DNA of 64,000 nt from the NCBI GenBank assembly GCA_944349925.1, contig CALVNT010000037.1, forward strand, positions 871 through 64,870. The letters run 5' to 3'. Both the position numbers and the translations under genes were made by a program. The stretch is from an uncultured Clostridia bacterium. GTDB taxonomy: Bacteria > Bacillota > Clostridia > Christensenellales > UBA1242. The notes beneath the pieces are model-generated. The model had not been told where the DNA came from. It did not search any database and saw nothing but the letters and a program-made list of their open reading frames with translations. Below are positions 62,768 to 64,000 of the stretch, piece after piece; position 1 is the first letter of the stretch, and every line of letters begins with the position of its first letter.

Positions 62768-64000
62768 TTAAAAAATTTTAACCACAATACAAGTCATATC
62801 ATCAACAGCATAGCCGTTATTATTTGCAAGCGCTTTGTCAATTATTGCTTGTGCATATTCCTGAGGATTTGTTGTCTTTATTGTAAGCAAAAAGTCTTTA
62901 TAATCGCCGTCACTTCCAAACGCATCATTTACGCCATCACTAGAAATGACTATAAAATCTTTTTCGGAGAGTACAACTTTTTTTATTAACGGTTTTGCGT
63001 CTTGTATTACTCCAATTGGTAATGCGCCGCTTTCCAAAATTTCGCAACCGTCTTCTTTTCGAACGAAAGATGATGTGGCTCCCATTTTGACAAAATCTGC
63101 TATTCCACTTTTTAAATCTACAACACAAATATCAATTGTTGAAAACATTTCGTCTTTTTCAAGATTTAAAAGTTTATTAACTGAAGATAAAATAATTTCA
63201 TTGTCAAAGCCTGCTTTATAAAAGTTTTCAACAAGGCCAATGGCTGTTTCAGATTTTTCTCTAGCATCACTTCCACTGCCCATTCCATCACATATAGCAA
63301 ACATAAATTTATCACCATCTAATCGTTCAATGCTATGGCAATCTCCCGACTGATTAGAGCCAGATTTATTTTGTTGTGCAATTCCGAAAATGCAATCATA
63401 TCGTGGAGCAGTTTTTAAATTTACTGTGGTCAAACCGGCTCGATAAGATGGATACATTTCATAAACAGCCATTTGGCTTCCGCATATTTTAGAAACTACG
63501 CTTTGAAGTTTTGTTTTTTCAACGTCCTCCTGTCTAACAATTAAAGAAGCAATCATCGTTCGCGCATCTTTATCATATATGACCGCATCAGTACAGCCAA
63601 TATTGTTAAATGCAAGTTCGTCAATAAGGCGATTTTCCCTTCCGCTATCAAAAGATAATACCGGCTCAACTTCTCTAGCGAGTTCTTTCATAAGCCCTGC
63701 AATTCCAAAAAGCTGATCTGAAATAAGAAGTTTGCTTGTATCTACATTTCCAACAAGTTGGCTATAATTCCTATACTGGTTTGTTAAAGTGTTTATTTCA
63801 CTTATCAGCATATTGGCTTTTCCACAGCGGGAAGCTAGATAACTTGGTAAATCAAGCACTGTTATTCTTCCTTTTTCTAACGCAATTGTTATCATCTCTT
63901 CAAAAACTTTTTTGGTATCATTTAAAAATGTTCGGTGGCAATGTTTTTCTTCTGGACAATTTTTGCATATTGAAGAGCAAATTTCATTGTAAAGCATTTC
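62768..64000 (-). CDS. spoIIE: stage II sporulation protein E (PP2C phosphatase), C-terminal part; N-terminus beyond window
   Basis: C-terminal PP2C-like GDCHSIERL..AICDGMGSG..ISSDGV..DDMT. The ORF is open to the window end. Confidence 0.75.
   Translation of the reverse strand, partial: EMLYNEICSSICKNCPEEKHCHRTFLNDTKKVFEEMITIALEKGRITVLDLPSYLASRCGKANMLISEINTLTNQYRNYSQLVGNVDTSKLLISDQLFGIAGLMKELAREVEPVLSFDSGRENRLIDELAFNNIGCTDAVIYDKDARTMIASLIVRQEDVEKTKLQSVVSKICGSQMAVYEMYPSYRAGLTTVNLKTAPRYDCIFGIAQQNKSGSNQSGDCHSIERLDGDKFMFAICDGMGSGSDAREKSETAIGLVENFYKAGFDNEIILSSVNKLLNLEKDEMFSTIDICVVDLKSGIADFVKMGATSSFVRKEDGCEILESGALPIGVIQDAKPLIKKVVLSEKDFIVISSDGVNDAFGSDGDYKDFLLTIKTTNPQEYAQAIIDKALANNNGYAVDDMTCIVVKIF

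Noticed and set aside
1-64000. CRISPR arrays, rRNA genes, IS elements, inteins, programmed frameshifts
   Set aside because: I noticed no regularly spaced direct repeats, no rRNA-like conserved blocks, no transposase motifs or terminal inverted repeats, and no interrupted housekeeping ORFs while reading the window.

Overview
AT-rich Bacillota-like chromosomal segment (about 30% GC by eye) using the standard genetic code. All calls come from manual motif recognition; no searches were run, and hand-counted motif coordinates may be off by 1-2 nt. The core is mostly minus-strand housekeeping genes: RumA-type rRNA methyltransferase, engB, rsmA, tatD, spmAB, metG, gltX, dnaB, typA, addBA, tilS and a spoIIE fragment, plus 4 tRNAs. 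The window opens inside the tail of a conjugative element (VirD4/TraG coupling protein) that abuts the 3' end of the RumA-type gene. The main accessory feature is a ~10 kb island (33.65-43.74 kb). It is bounded by an imperfect ~55 bp direct repeat made of the last 8 nt of tRNA-Ser(UGA) plus its terminator hairpin. The island carries a decayed serine-recombinase relic and an NrtR-like regulator. A perfect palindrome, the candidate NrtR operator, lies in the -35/-10 spacer of the divergent operon promoter. It also carries a translationally coupled 10-gene operon: PRTase, NUDIX, GTP-cyclohydrolase-II-like, viperin/MoaA-like radical SAM, PRAI(TrpF)-like, PRT-like orphan, cyclase/formamidase-like, Apt-like, HAD and Tmk-like kinase. 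This operon is my best candidate for an undescribed nucleotide-analogue system (antiviral or antibiotic). A second accessory locus (44.8-51.9 kb) encodes a SipW-type signal peptidase, three TasA/camelysin-like proteins and a 1483-aa GLUG/InlB-B-repeat surface protein. Other observations: a recurrent TGnTAAAAT-N6-ATG geometry without Shine-Dalgarno at seven or more genes (candidate leaderless mRNAs, including two unannotated small ORFs), a MetRS whose HIGH motif reads TIGN, two AT-hooks in a membrane coiled-coil protein, and slightly irregular tRNA-Pro and tRNA-Gly genes. No CRISPR array, rRNA or IS element was recognised.
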